The notes below the pieces were generated by a model, which was not told the DNA's origin, did no database searches, and was given only the letters and a program-made list of their open reading frames with translations. This document shows positions 16,847 to 27,274 of a DNA stretch of 44,825 nt, one piece after another (the first letter of the stretch is position 1; the number at the start of each line of letters is the position of its first letter). The translations under genes were made by a program, and so were the position numbers. This DNA comes from Methanobacteriota archaeon (GTDB lineage Archaea > Hydrothermarchaeota > Hydrothermarchaeia > Hydrothermarchaeales > JACRDW01), in contig JBDRDL010000077.1 of the NCBI GenBank assembly GCA_043820925.1, positions 1 through 44,825 of the forward strand, read 5' to 3'.

Positions 16847-17761
16847 ATGAAACGTAAGGGGAACGTGATATTCGAGGACTTAAAAAAAACAGTTCCAGAG
16901 ATTTCGAGAATATATAATATTTCTGAATCAGAAATTCCTCTAGAAAGACAAAATATTCAAAATAAAAATGTTTTGATTATTGATGATTCTATTGATACCG
17001 GGAAGAGCGTTAAAAATATTATAAATGAATTGAAGGTTTTAGAACCAAATAAAATAACAGTTTTAAATGTTGTAGTACGCAAATCAACATTAGATAAACT
17101 GGAAAAAGAATATCCGACTATTGAATTTAGAAGCTATAAAACCATTGAAGACGATTTATTTTTTAAATATTATTCAGAGCATATGTTTGGCTATCTTGAT
17201 TATATCACTAAGTCATTAGACAAAGATCATTTCATAATAACTCTTAAGACAAACAAACCATTAAGCAAAAATGATCTGCTAGAGTGTTTTAATAATGATT
17301 TATTTGAGGCTTATGACGTAGAGCGGATTATTGAGAGAAAGAGTGAATACAAAATATCAGTCGAATGCCTAAAGTTTTTTTCCAACATAGAGAGAAAGCA
17401 TCTTAAAAATATCAAAGAGATGGAGATGGTTAAAGTAAGATTTTACGTGGATTCTAGTGGAACTTATAGTGCACTTGATATAATTCCTATTCTGGTTCCT
17501 ATTGGAATTCCAATTCAGCAATGCAAAGAAGACAAAAGATTTTGTTTAGTGAAAAGAGTGGAGAGACGAAAAATTCCCGAAAAAGCGAAAGATCGGCTAT
17601 GTCTTTTGTGTGTTCAGTATTACCTTCCAGTCGAATTTATTGAAAAGTTTATAACTTACTTAAAAGAACAATTAGCTCAACGAAGTATATTTATTATTAG
17701 CGAAGAAAGGAAGGTACCGTCTCCTATGGAATTCTTCAGATGGTGGGAGAAAGGCACTTAA
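16847..17761 (+). CDS. Phosphoribosyltransferase-domain protein with uncharacterised C-terminal domain (true start may be 16710 across a frameshift)
   Basis: VLIIDDSIDTGKS PRPP-binding motif; KMKRKG loop; very AT-rich. Confidence 0.75.
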   Translation: MKRKGNVIFEDLKKTVPEISRIYNISESEIPLERQNIQNKNVLIIDDSIDTGKSVKNIINELKVLEPNKITVLNVVVRKSTLDKLEKEYPTIEFRSYKTIEDDLFFKYYSEHMFGYLDYITKSLDKDHFIITLKTNKPLSKNDLLECFNNDLFEAYDVERIIERKSEYKISVECLKFFSNIERKHLKNIKEMEMVKVRFYVDSSGTYSALDIIPILVPIGIPIQQCKEDKRFCLVKRVERRKIPEKAKDRLCLLCVQYYLPVEFIEKFITYLKEQLAQRSIFIISEERKVPSPMEFFRWWEKGT

Positions 17762-17765
17762 AGAT

Positions 17766-18047
17766 CTATTCCTCCTTTACGTGATTATAGACATCCTTTA
17801 AGAACTCTTCAGCTTCTCCAGCAATATAGAATACTCTAACCCACTTGTTATTGCTCTTTTCCCACTTGGCGTTTAAAATCCCTAGGTCAAATAACCTATC
17901 TAAAGCCTTGCTAATGGTACCGCGGCTTATCCTATCCTTTAGCAATTCAACTAGTTTGTTTAGGTAGATTCTCTCTCCTTTTATCTTATCGTATCTGTAG
18001 ATCTCTAGCGCCACTTCCAAGTCATTTGATAGAAGTTCTCTCTTCAT
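17766..18047 (-). CDS. Winged helix-turn-helix protein
   Basis: IYLNKLVELL...ISRGTISKALDRLFDLGIL...W...WVRVFYI pattern. Confidence 0.75.
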   Translation of the reverse strand: MKRELLSNDLEVALEIYRYDKIKGERIYLNKLVELLKDRISRGTISKALDRLFDLGILNAKWEKSNNKWVRVFYIAGEAEEFLKDVYNHVKEE

Positions 18048-18272
18048 TTTTCCAGCCTCTCGATAGAGGTCATCATCGCCTCCATTTTAAACCCCGTATT
18101 AATTTTAACAACTAATATATATATTTTTTGTCTTCAAGTATAAAAATTAACATTCAAACCACTTTTTGAATTACAGTTGATATAATATACCTAAGTATAG
18201 CTTATATACTAGTTCCGCTATATAAGTGTTTCTAATTAAGTGTTTCTAATATATTGTTGGGGAGCAAATACG

Positions 18273-19052
18273 TTGAATACGGAGTATCTCGGCATTAAAG
18301 ATAAAGAGGGCCATTATAGGGCGAATCTTTATAGTATCCAGTCAAGTGTTATTGAAATTCTACATTATATCCCTCGAGAGTTAAGAGATTATACGAGTCA
18401 TGGATATGCGCATTCTAAGAGGATAATAAAATATTTAGACGAGATAATCAAGATATGTAATGATTCTGGGGTTAATATAACAGACTTGGAAGCTTTCCTT
18501 CTATACGCTTCGGCGTGGTTACACGATATTGGTTGTCTTATTAAGAGAGAAAATCACGCTAAGATATCAGCCAAAATGGTTGAAGAACTTCAGGGTGAAT
18601 ATATCGAAGGTATATCCGATAAAGTACCTTTTTTGCAATGGATTATAACAGGACACTCAAAAGAGCAGAATATAGAAGAAATGCATGAAATACAATATTT
18701 GCATGGGGGGAAAATACGATTAAGATTTTTAGCAGCTATATTTAGATTAGCAGATGCGTGCGACATCGACCGAAGTAGAGCACCAAAAGTAGTATATAAA
18801 TTTATTAAAGACGAATTAGACGAAAAATCTAAAGAATTTTGGGAGGGGCACCAAAATATAGATTCTGTTTCTTTTGATAAAGACGAAGAAGTTATTATAC
18901 TAAGTTTACAGGAGAAGAAAAAATCAGATATTATAATTAGAGAATTTAAGAAAGAATTTGAGAGTGTTATGAAAATATTAAAAGTTAATAAGTTTCCATG
19001 CAGGGAAATTAAAGTCCTCATTCAAAAATATGAATGGAAAACCTCTAAATGA
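18273..19052 (+). CDS. HD-superfamily phosphohydrolase (HD-CE-like)
   Basis: YTSHGYAHSKRI, AWLHDIG, HAKIS, GH, RLRFLAAIFRLADACDIDRSRAP; TTG start after GGGGAG (ORF open from 18240). Confidence 0.8.
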   Translation: MNTEYLGIKDKEGHYRANLYSIQSSVIEILHYIPRELRDYTSHGYAHSKRIIKYLDEIIKICNDSGVNITDLEAFLLYASAWLHDIGCLIKRENHAKISAKMVEELQGEYIEGISDKVPFLQWIITGHSKEQNIEEMHEIQYLHGGKIRLRFLAAIFRLADACDIDRSRAPKVVYKFIKDELDEKSKEFWEGHQNIDSVSFDKDEEVIILSLQEKKKSDIIIREFKKEFESVMKILKVNKFPCREIKVLIQKYEWKTSK

Positions 19053-19057
19053 GCCTC

Positions 19058-19756
<699 letters not shown>

Positions 19757-19806
19757 AACGCTACATCGCCTCAAATTTAATATAAGCTTTGTGCAGAATT
19801 AAATCC

Positions 19807-22005
19807 ATGAGCATCGAAGAACTCGCTGAATATGGAATGCCTTCTGAAGTTGTGGAAATTCTGAAGAATTCAGGATTAGAAGAGCTCTACCCGCCGCAGG
19901 AAGAAGCTGTGCTGCAGGGCTTGCTTGAGCTGGAAAATTCTTTCGTTGTAAGCGTGCCTACTGCGAGCGGAAAAACGCTCATCGCAGAGCTTTTGATGGT
20001 CAAGGCAATTTTTCAAGGTCTGGGCAAGTGCCTTTATATCGTTCCACTTAGAGCGCTTGCGAGCGAAAAACTGGAGGAGTTCAAAAAGTACGAAAAAGTT
20101 GGAATAAAAACAGCGATTTCGACAGGTGATTACGATACCAGCGATGCGTGGTTAGCAAAATATGACATAATCGTAACTACGAGTGAAAAGGCGGACTCCC
20201 TGCTCCGCCACAGAAGCGAGTGGCTGGAGAGTATAGGAGTTGTCGTAGCCGACGAGATACATCTCATTCACGACGCTTCTAGAGGTCCAACGCTGGAGGT
20301 AACGATTGCGAGGCTCAAGCACCTCAACCCTAAGCTACTAGTGCTAGGTCTCAGCGCAACGATACAGAATGCAGAAGAACTTGCCTCCTGGCTGAATGCA
20401 AAGCTGATAAAGAGCGAGTGGCGCCCTGTGCCACTGCGGGAGGGCGTTTATTTTAACAATGAAATTTTTTTCAGCGATTCCAAGCTGCAGGAAGTCGAGC
20501 AGGTAGTAAAAGAGGAGCCCTTAAATCTTGCTTTGGAGACAGTAAAAAATCACGGGCAGAGCTTGGTTTTTGTTAATACAAGGCAGAGGGCAGAGAGATT
20601 TGCGCTGGATGCAGCGCCGGCAGCGAAAAAACTTGTTTCTAGGGCAGAGGAAAAAGTTCTAAAAAAGGTTGCGAAGGAAGCGCTGGAAGTACTTCCTGAG
20701 CCAACGAAGATATGCAGGAGGCTCAGCAAGTGCATCGAGGGCGGCGCAGCCTTTCATCACGCTGGCTTGGTTGCAAGACAGAGAAGGCTCGTTGAAGAAG
20801 CGTTCAAAAGCAATCTAATAAAGATTTTATCAGCAACTCCAACGCTGGCAGCCGGCGTAAATCTTCCAGCTCGAAGAGTCATTGTCCGAGACTACAGGAG
20901 ATATGAGCCAAACCTCGGCTCCTCAGAAATTTCGGTGCTGGAGATAAAGCAGATGTGTGGTCGTGCCGGACGCCCCAAGTACGACAGCTACGGTGAGGCT
21001 TTACTAATCGCAAAAAGCTTCGAGGAAAGGAGCATGCTTCTTGATAATTACATCCTTGCAGAGCCTGAAAAGATATACTCAAAGCTTGCAGTAGAAGCTG
21101 CGCTCAGAACGCATGTGCTTGCTACCCTTGCTACCGGCTATGCAAACACCTTCTACGGAATCCTCGAATTTTTCTCAAAAACTTTTTTCGCACACCAGCA
21201 GGAGGCAAGCGTTCTCGAAGGCTTGATTCACAAGATTAACAGCTTTTTAATCAGAGAAGGCCTGGTTGAGCAAAAAGGCGATTATATATTTCCAACTTTG
21301 TTTGGAAGACGTGTGTCCGAGCTTTATATCGACCCGATGAGCGCAGTTATTCTGAGAGATGCGCTTTCTAAGGCGCAGGAGGTAAAAACTAACGAAATCT
21401 CTTATCTGCATGCAATTGCAAGACTTCCTGAATTAGGAAGTCTTTATTTGAAGAAGAAGGATTACGAGCTTTGCACAAAAGAGCTCTTCGAAAACATGCC
21501 TTTCTTTCTCTTCGAAGTGCCGAATGAGTACGAATACTGGAAGTTTGAAGAGTTTCTCGCAGAGCTAAAAACTGCGCTTTTCTTTAAAGACTGGATAAGC
21601 GAAAGAAGCGAGGAGTTCATCCTCGAGAAGTACGCTCTCGCTCCTGGGGACGTAAGAAGCAAAGTAGAGCTTGCGGGCTGGCTGCTTTATTCAATGGCAG
21701 AGATTGGAAAGCTTTTTAAGATTAGAAAAACAGGAGAAGTTATCAAGCTAAGGCAGAGGATAAAGCACGGAATCAAGGAAGAATTGCTTGAGATAGTTTC
21801 TCTGAAAGGGATAGGCAGGGTGAGAGGGCGAAGGCTTTATGCGCACGGCTTTAAGACTCTTGCAGACTTAAGGAAAGCGAGCGTTGAATCTATTGCAGGA
21901 GTAGAGCTCATCGGAAAAAAACTTGCGCAGAGCATAAAGCAGCAGGTCGGAGGAACCGAGGTTAAGGAAGCGGTGGAGCATCAGGCCAAGCTCCTGGACT
22001 TTTGA
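19807..22005 (+). CDS. hel308: Ski2-like SF2 DNA helicase Hel308/Hjm
   Basis: PTASGKT, DEIH, SAT, FHHAGL, GVNLPA, QMCGRAGRP, C-terminal HhH. Confidence 0.95.
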   Translation: MSIEELAEYGMPSEVVEILKNSGLEELYPPQEEAVLQGLLELENSFVVSVPTASGKTLIAELLMVKAIFQGLGKCLYIVPLRALASEKLEEFKKYEKVGIKTAISTGDYDTSDAWLAKYDIIVTTSEKADSLLRHRSEWLESIGVVVADEIHLIHDASRGPTLEVTIARLKHLNPKLLVLGLSATIQNAEELASWLNAKLIKSEWRPVPLREGVYFNNEIFFSDSKLQEVEQVVKEEPLNLALETVKNHGQSLVFVNTRQRAERFALDAAPAAKKLVSRAEEKVLKKVAKEALEVLPEPTKICRRLSKCIEGGAAFHHAGLVARQRRLVEEAFKSNLIKILSATPTLAAGVNLPARRVIVRDYRRYEPNLGSSEISVLEIKQMCGRAGRPKYDSYGEALLIAKSFEERSMLLDNYILAEPEKIYSKLAVEAALRTHVLATLATGYANTFYGILEFFSKTFFAHQQEASVLEGLIHKINSFLIREGLVEQKGDYIFPTLFGRRVSELYIDPMSAVILRDALSKAQEVKTNEISYLHAIARLPELGSLYLKKKDYELCTKELFENMPFFLFEVPNEYEYWKFEEFLAELKTALFFKDWISERSEEFILEKYALAPGDVRSKVELAGWLLYSMAEIGKLFKIRKTGEVIKLRQRIKHGIKEELLEIVSLKGIGRVRGRRLYAHGFKTLADLRKASVESIAGVELIGKKLAQSIKQQVGGTEVKEAVEHQAKLLDF

Positions 22006-22688
22006 ACTTCAACCCATTTTAGAAATTCGCCCAGAAATTTCAGGCCTTCCTCTTTATTTGCGGCCTCTAAATGTATTGTAAGCCTGAAGACATCTTTAGC
22101 TTCCGAATATTCTTTTCTTGCCTTTTCCAGAGCCAAAGTCGCGTTTTCAGTAAACCATGTGTACTCGTGCGAGGCGTATGGTTTTATTCCATTCGGCGTT
22201 TTTGTAAAGTTTGCATAAAAAACGTATTCGAACTCGCTGTTTAGATATGCAGCGACTTGGGGAGAAGTTACCCAGCCTGGAGGAGCGAAGTATTCCGGGA
22301 ATTTCAATCCTGTCATTTCGAACTCGTTCTTAGCCCGTGCAATCAGGCGCTGCGCTTCCTCTGCACTGGTGTTGAACTCGTATTTCTGCGTTGGATGCGC
22401 ATAGCCATGGTCCCCCAAAATGTACCCTTTGCCTTCCAAGCTTTTAAGCTTCTGAACATATTCTGGATAAGCCCGAAGAGGAGTCGTATTCGCATGATTT
22501 GGAATAACAAAAAGCACGACCTTAGAATATGCGTTAGGGTATTTTTCTGTAACGTTCAGTATCTGCTCCACCCTCCAGTACTTCCATCCCGGCGATACGT
22601 CATGAATCTCTATCCACAGCTCAGGTTGCGTTATTTGCTCGCTTTGCAAGCATCCAGCCGCTAATATCAACAACAAAATATATCTCAT
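21981..22688 (-). CDS. Polysaccharide deacetylase-like (DUF2334) lipoprotein
   Basis: Lipobox LAAGC; IHDVSP, LFVIP, HGYAH, FAPPGW. Confidence 0.8.
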   Translation of the reverse strand: MRYILLLILAAGCLQSEQITQPELWIEIHDVSPGWKYWRVEQILNVTEKYPNAYSKVVLFVIPNHANTTPLRAYPEYVQKLKSLEGKGYILGDHGYAHPTQKYEFNTSAEEAQRLIARAKNEFEMTGLKFPEYFAPPGWVTSPQVAAYLNSEFEYVFYANFTKTPNGIKPYASHEYTWFTENATLALEKARKEYSEAKDVFRLTIHLEAANKEEGLKFLGEFLKWVEVQKSRSLA

Positions 22689-25024
22689 ATAAATGCACTT
22701 TTTATTTTCGAGCCAACTACCAGCATCGTCATCAAAGCTAAGGAATATATGATTCCGCCGGCGAATAAAGAATACGAATAGCCGTAGTTAAATGCGATGA
22801 GTATTCCTATAATTGCCCCGATTACTGAGCCTGCGCCGTTTATTCCGTACATCCAGATAACATCTCTGTTGCTTAGAGAGCTTGTTATTCTCAAGCCTGT
22901 CGGAAATGGCATTCCCATGAGCACTGCGAGGGGCGCAAGAAAAGCAATGCTCAGAAGTACTTTTTTCAAAATGCTGAGATACATGTAGCCGTAGATTAGC
23001 TTTGGCAGGATAAACGCCCATAAAAATATAGCAAGCGAGGTTACAGCCAGAATTAGATAAGCCTTTCTTAAAATTCCTTTATTTGAAGGGACTAGCACGC
23101 CCGTGAGAAAGCTTCCTAACCCACTGAATACCAGCATTGAAAACAGAACTACCTGAAAGGCGTAGGCAGGGCGACCCAGGAAGAGGGTGAGCTTCTGAAT
23201 CAGCACAGCCTCTATGAGTATGTAGCCCACGCCCAGGCAAAGGAAGTAGACGAGTAGATATAAGCTTGCGCTGTACTCGAACTTTAACCTGCGCTCGACC
23301 ATTATCGGCAGAATGATAAAAACAAAGGTAAGAAAGCCCAGCAGGAAGAGCATCTGGTGCAGCTCTTTTGGTGGGGAGCTTTCTGTATAATAGAAGAAGG
23401 GCTTATCATCAACCGCAGGAGATACGGAACGATGCTTTGGAATCGTCTTGGCAATTTCTTCAAAGTTTAGAGATGTGTTATAGTATGGAGCAAATATCGG
23501 CTCAAATTTGTAAGAAGTACTCTTTGCTGCCCTGTTCTTCTCTTCCTCGATTTTCTTCGCAGCCTTAATTAGTTCTTCTACCAGGGAAGGAGTAACCTCC
23601 TCTTTAAATATGAAGGTATATTCGGTTTGAGAAGAAGGCTCTGCGAATCTAAAAATTACCAGATGCTTTTCAGGTTCTACTCCTTCCTCTGCCAGCGCCT
23701 GCTTAACTGTGAAGTACTGCCTCAGAAGCGTGTAGGTTATGCCTTTTTCTTTATCGATGACGTTGTAAGGGTCGTCCATTCGAGCATACAGCAGGACGAG
23801 GGCGATGCCTTTCGATGAAAGGTGCCTCCACCAGTCTTTGTTTGCCTCGACTGTATAGACATAGGCGTCCTGGAAAGTGAGCACTGCCTGCGTTGGAACA
23901 ACTAACGCAACGCTGCCTATGACTCCATTTTCAATCAAATCATATTTTTCAGTGCTTCTATGCACATAGGTTCGGCCGTCCTCTATTATCGTCGCAACTT
24001 TTGGGTCATAGTATATCCTGCTAGAAAATTCGGCAAGGTCATTTTTCATGTACTCGATTATAAAAGGATTTATCTCAACCGCAGTAACTTTTTCAACGCC
24101 TGCGTGAAGAGCCATTCTAACCTCTACCCCGCCTCCAGAACCTATTGCTACCATATTTTTCGGCTGCATAAGAAACATTATATATCTCGGGTCGTTCTCC
24201 AGTCCGTAGCTACTGACCCTTCCGTAAGATGCAGTAACGGGATAGGCTCCATTCACTATGAACTTAATTAAATTTTCTTTTTCCTGAACGACATCTACTC
24301 TGGAAACAGCAGTCCACTTAGTATCTAAAACTTTTGCGCCAGAAGCCTTGAGTTTGTATAAATATTTTTCATTGCTCGGCTCAGGGACGAACGAGGAATT
24401 AAAAGTTGAAAACAAAAGCAGGAAAATTAGGACAATAGATAATAGGGCAAGCCCGTTTTTCTTATCAATTCCGCCAAGAAAAAACGGTGCCGCAGCAATT
24501 GCGAGAACTGCGCAGAAAATTATTGCCCCCTCAACGCTTGAAAAAGGCAGCAGAAAAGTTATGAGAAAGCTTCCAATTCCAGCACCCACGAGGTCGCTGA
24601 AGTATATGAAGGATATGACTTTCTTCTCTGCACTTGGATAATTCAGCCCGACGCTCAGAACTATGCCTGAAAAAACAAATGGAAGAGCAGATGCCAGCGA
24701 GAAGTAAAGCAGGAATGGGATAAGACCTGAGAAGCTGATTTTGCTTCCGTGAGATATTAAAAACAAGCTGAGCAGAATCGAGATTCCAAAGGCGATTGAA
24801 GAGTAGTAGAGAGTGCTAAAATATTTTTCGGGCTTCTTTTTGGCAGCAAAATAGCCTATCACACTTCCCACTCCAAGACCGAACATGGCTATGGAGATAA
24901 CGGTTATAGAAACCTGAACCCAGAACATGAAGGAGAACTCGTAAGTTAGAGCCACCTGAAAGCACAGCATTGCAATAGAGATTAAAAATATTCCAATTGC
25001 GAAAAGAACGAAATTCCTGTTCAT
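22685..25024 (-). CDS. Multi-pass membrane protein with spermidine-synthase-like SAM-dependent domain
   Basis: Start likely MNRNFVLF at 25024; IGSGGG.E, VEINP, EDGRTYV..S.EKYDLI; DDKPFFY; GMPFPTG; YGING. Confidence 0.85.
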   Translation of the reverse strand: MNRNFVLFAIGIFLISIAMLCFQVALTYEFSFMFWVQVSITVISIAMFGLGVGSVIGYFAAKKKPEKYFSTLYYSSIAFGISILLSLFLISHGSKISFSGLIPFLLYFSLASALPFVFSGIVLSVGLNYPSAEKKVISFIYFSDLVGAGIGSFLITFLLPFSSVEGAIIFCAVLAIAAAPFFLGGIDKKNGLALLSIVLIFLLLFSTFNSSFVPEPSNEKYLYKLKASGAKVLDTKWTAVSRVDVVQEKENLIKFIVNGAYPVTASYGRVSSYGLENDPRYIMFLMQPKNMVAIGSGGGVEVRMALHAGVEKVTAVEINPFIIEYMKNDLAEFSSRIYYDPKVATIIEDGRTYVHRSTEKYDLIENGVIGSVALVVPTQAVLTFQDAYVYTVEANKDWWRHLSSKGIALVLLYARMDDPYNVIDKEKGITYTLLRQYFTVKQALAEEGVEPEKHLVIFRFAEPSSQTEYTFIFKEEVTPSLVEELIKAAKKIEEEKNRAAKSTSYKFEPIFAPYYNTSLNFEEIAKTIPKHRSVSPAVDDKPFFYYTESSPPKELHQMLFLLGFLTFVFIILPIMVERRLKFEYSASLYLLVYFLCLGVGYILIEAVLIQKLTLFLGRPAYAFQVVLFSMLVFSGLGSFLTGVLVPSNKGILRKAYLILAVTSLAIFLWAFILPKLIYGYMYLSILKKVLLSIAFLAPLAVLMGMPFPTGLRITSSLSNRDVIWMYGINGAGSVIGAIIGILIAFNYGYSYSLFAGGIIYSLALMTMLVVGSKIKSAFI

Positions 25025-25070
25025 AGCAATTAGGAAATTATATATTGTTATTTTAATATATTGCTGAAGT

Positions 25071-26420
25071 ATGGCAATACATCCGATAGAATACAGGTAC
25101 GGAAGCAAAGAGATGAAGGCTGTCTTCGAGGAGCAGAACAAGCTCCAGAAGCTGCTCGACGTAGAGGCAGCTCTCGCAAGGGCGCACGCCAGAGTGGGCA
25201 ATATTTCGGCAGAAAATGCAGATGCCATATCAAAAAAAGCCAGCACGAAATATGTAAAGCTTGCCAGAGTCAAGGAAATCGAGGAAGAAACAAAGCACGA
25301 CACTATGGCAGTGGTTCTGGCTCTGTCCGAACAGTGCGGCAGCGCCGGCAAGCATGTGCATCTTGGCGCTACTTCTTATGACATCGTCGATACTGCAAAT
25401 GCGCTGCAGTTCAAGCAGGCGCTGAATATTGTGCGCAGGGATTTGGTTGAGCTGGAGGGAATTCTACTCGAGCTTGCAAAAAAGCATATAAAAACCATCG
25501 CAATAGGAAGAACACACGGGCAGCACGCCACGCCGATAACCTATGGTTTAAAATTTGCAGTATGGGCTAGGGAGATAAGGAGGCACATAAACAGGATAGA
25601 CGAAAGCAGGAAGCGCATTTTGGTCGGGAAGATGAGCGGGGCAGTCGGAACCATGGCTTCTTTCGGGGAGAAGGGAATGCAAATTCAGGAGCTTGTTATG
25701 AAAGAGCTGGGTTTAAATCCTGCTGAAGTTTCTACCCAGGTGGTGCAGCGGGATAGATATGCAGAGCTTGTGCTGCTCCTCGCCTTAATTGCAGCCACCC
25801 TGGACAAGATTGGCAGGGAGATCCGCAATCTAATGAGAACTGAGATAGCGGAGGTCAGCGAGCCCTTTGCTGCCAAGCAGGTCGGAAGCTCTACGATGCC
25901 TCACAAGAGAAATCCTATCAGCGCAGAAAAAGTGTGCGGTCTGGCGAGAGTTATTAAGTCAAACGTTTTCGTTGCTCTCGAGAACGTTTCTCTGGAGCAT
26001 GAAAGAGACCTGACGAATTCTTCTTCTGAGCGGGTCATAATTCCTGAGAGCTTTATTTTACTCGACGAGATTCTTAAAACAATGAAAGAAGTTCTCGGCG
26101 GCTTGGTCTTTTATCCGGAGAACATTGAGAGGAATTTAAAGCTAACCAGGGGACTGAACATGGCAGAGGCTGTGATGCTTGCGCTTGTTAATAAAGGAAT
26201 GGGCAGGCAGAAGGCGCACGAATTGCTTCGGAAGCTCTCAATAAGGACTTTTAAAGAGAACGTCGAACTTAAAAAAGTCCTGCTCGAAAGCAAAGAAATT
26301 ACGAGGCTCATGAGCAAAAAAGAAATCGAGAGCGTTACGAATCCAGAGAAGTACATAGGCACAGCAGTTGAGCAGGTTAGAAATGTCCTGAAAATTGCGG
26401 AGAAGGAAAGAAGTAGTTAA
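25071..26420 (+). CDS. purB: Adenylosuccinate lyase
   Basis: HLGATSYD, GRTHGQHA, GSSTMPHKRNP, HERDLTNS. Confidence 0.98.
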   Translation: MAIHPIEYRYGSKEMKAVFEEQNKLQKLLDVEAALARAHARVGNISAENADAISKKASTKYVKLARVKEIEEETKHDTMAVVLALSEQCGSAGKHVHLGATSYDIVDTANALQFKQALNIVRRDLVELEGILLELAKKHIKTIAIGRTHGQHATPITYGLKFAVWAREIRRHINRIDESRKRILVGKMSGAVGTMASFGEKGMQIQELVMKELGLNPAEVSTQVVQRDRYAELVLLLALIAATLDKIGREIRNLMRTEIAEVSEPFAAKQVGSSTMPHKRNPISAEKVCGLARVIKSNVFVALENVSLEHERDLTNSSSERVIIPESFILLDEILKTMKEVLGGLVFYPENIERNLKLTRGLNMAEAVMLALVNKGMGRQKAHELLRKLSIRTFKENVELKKVLLESKEITRLMSKKEIESVTNPEKYIGTAVEQVRNVLKIAEKERSS

Positions 26421-26471
26421 AGGGATTCAGACAACCCAACGTTTAATAACAAATACACCGATTTAAGATTA

Positions 26472-27137
26472 ATGCAAGTTGCGATAATCTCAGATATTCA
26501 CTCCAATTTGCCTGCCCTGAGAGAGGTTTTGAAAGAAATAAAAGGAATGCGAATATTCTGCTGCGGAGACTTGGTCGGCTATGCTGCTTTTCCGAATGAA
26601 GTTATCGAGTTAGTAAGAGAGAAAAAAATAATCTCAATTTTGGGCAACCACGACCATGCTGTTATAACCGGAAATGTGGAGTGGTTCAACCCGGTTGCAG
26701 CTTTTGCAATAGACTGGACGAGAAAAAAAATAAAAAAGGAAAACTTGGATTTTTTAAGTTCCCTGCCGAGATTCCACGAAGGTGAGTTTTATATGGTTCA
26801 CGGCAGTCCCAGAAATCAACTCGACGAGTATGTATCTGAGGACTATCCAGAGGGCGAGCTTCTCGGCTTTTTTAAATACACTTCCAAAAATGCAATAATT
26901 CTGGGGCATACGCACGAGCCGTTCATCAAAAAGCTCGGGGACAAACTTATATTCAATCCGGGCAGCGTGGGGCAGCCGAGAGACCTAGACCCAAGAGCAG
27001 CGTACGCTATATTCGATATAGCAGCGAAAAAAGTTGAAGTGAAAAAGATAGAGTATGATATAGACGAAGCAGCAAATGCGATAATAGAAAATGGCTTGCC
27101 AGAGATTCTTGCGCACAGGCTTTATGAAGGTTGGTAA
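26472..27137 (+). CDS. Calcineurin-like metallophosphoesterase
   Basis: SDIHSN, GDLVG, GNHD, HGSP, GHTH, NPGSVGQPRD. Confidence 0.92.
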   Translation: MQVAIISDIHSNLPALREVLKEIKGMRIFCCGDLVGYAAFPNEVIELVREKKIISILGNHDHAVITGNVEWFNPVAAFAIDWTRKKIKKENLDFLSSLPRFHEGEFYMVHGSPRNQLDEYVSEDYPEGELLGFFKYTSKNAIILGHTHEPFIKKLGDKLIFNPGSVGQPRDLDPRAAYAIFDIAAKKVEVKKIEYDIDEAANAIIENGLPEILAHRLYEGW

Positions 27138-27274
27138 GATAGCCCTTTTTGGAAAAAGGTCTATCACCCCAAAAACCCAAAAGCAACGTCATATGAAAAA
27201 GAACTATGTGCTATTGAAGCGAAGCGTAAATAGCACGACGTATGATGGTCAACCTTTCAGAAGGTTGGTAAGAT
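27126..27274. mobile_element. 119-nt structured insert flanked by a 15-bp direct repeat (MITE-like)
   Basis: GAAGGTTGGTAAGAT at 27126-27140 and 27260-27274; several internal hairpins. Confidence 0.65.

Noticed and set aside
22685..25351. 888-aa version of the membrane methyltransferase, and similar N-terminal extensions (4560, 15120, 31593, 31756, 34232)
   Set aside because: The extensions overlap neighbouring genes or promoter regions and are not protein-like; downstream starts fit better.
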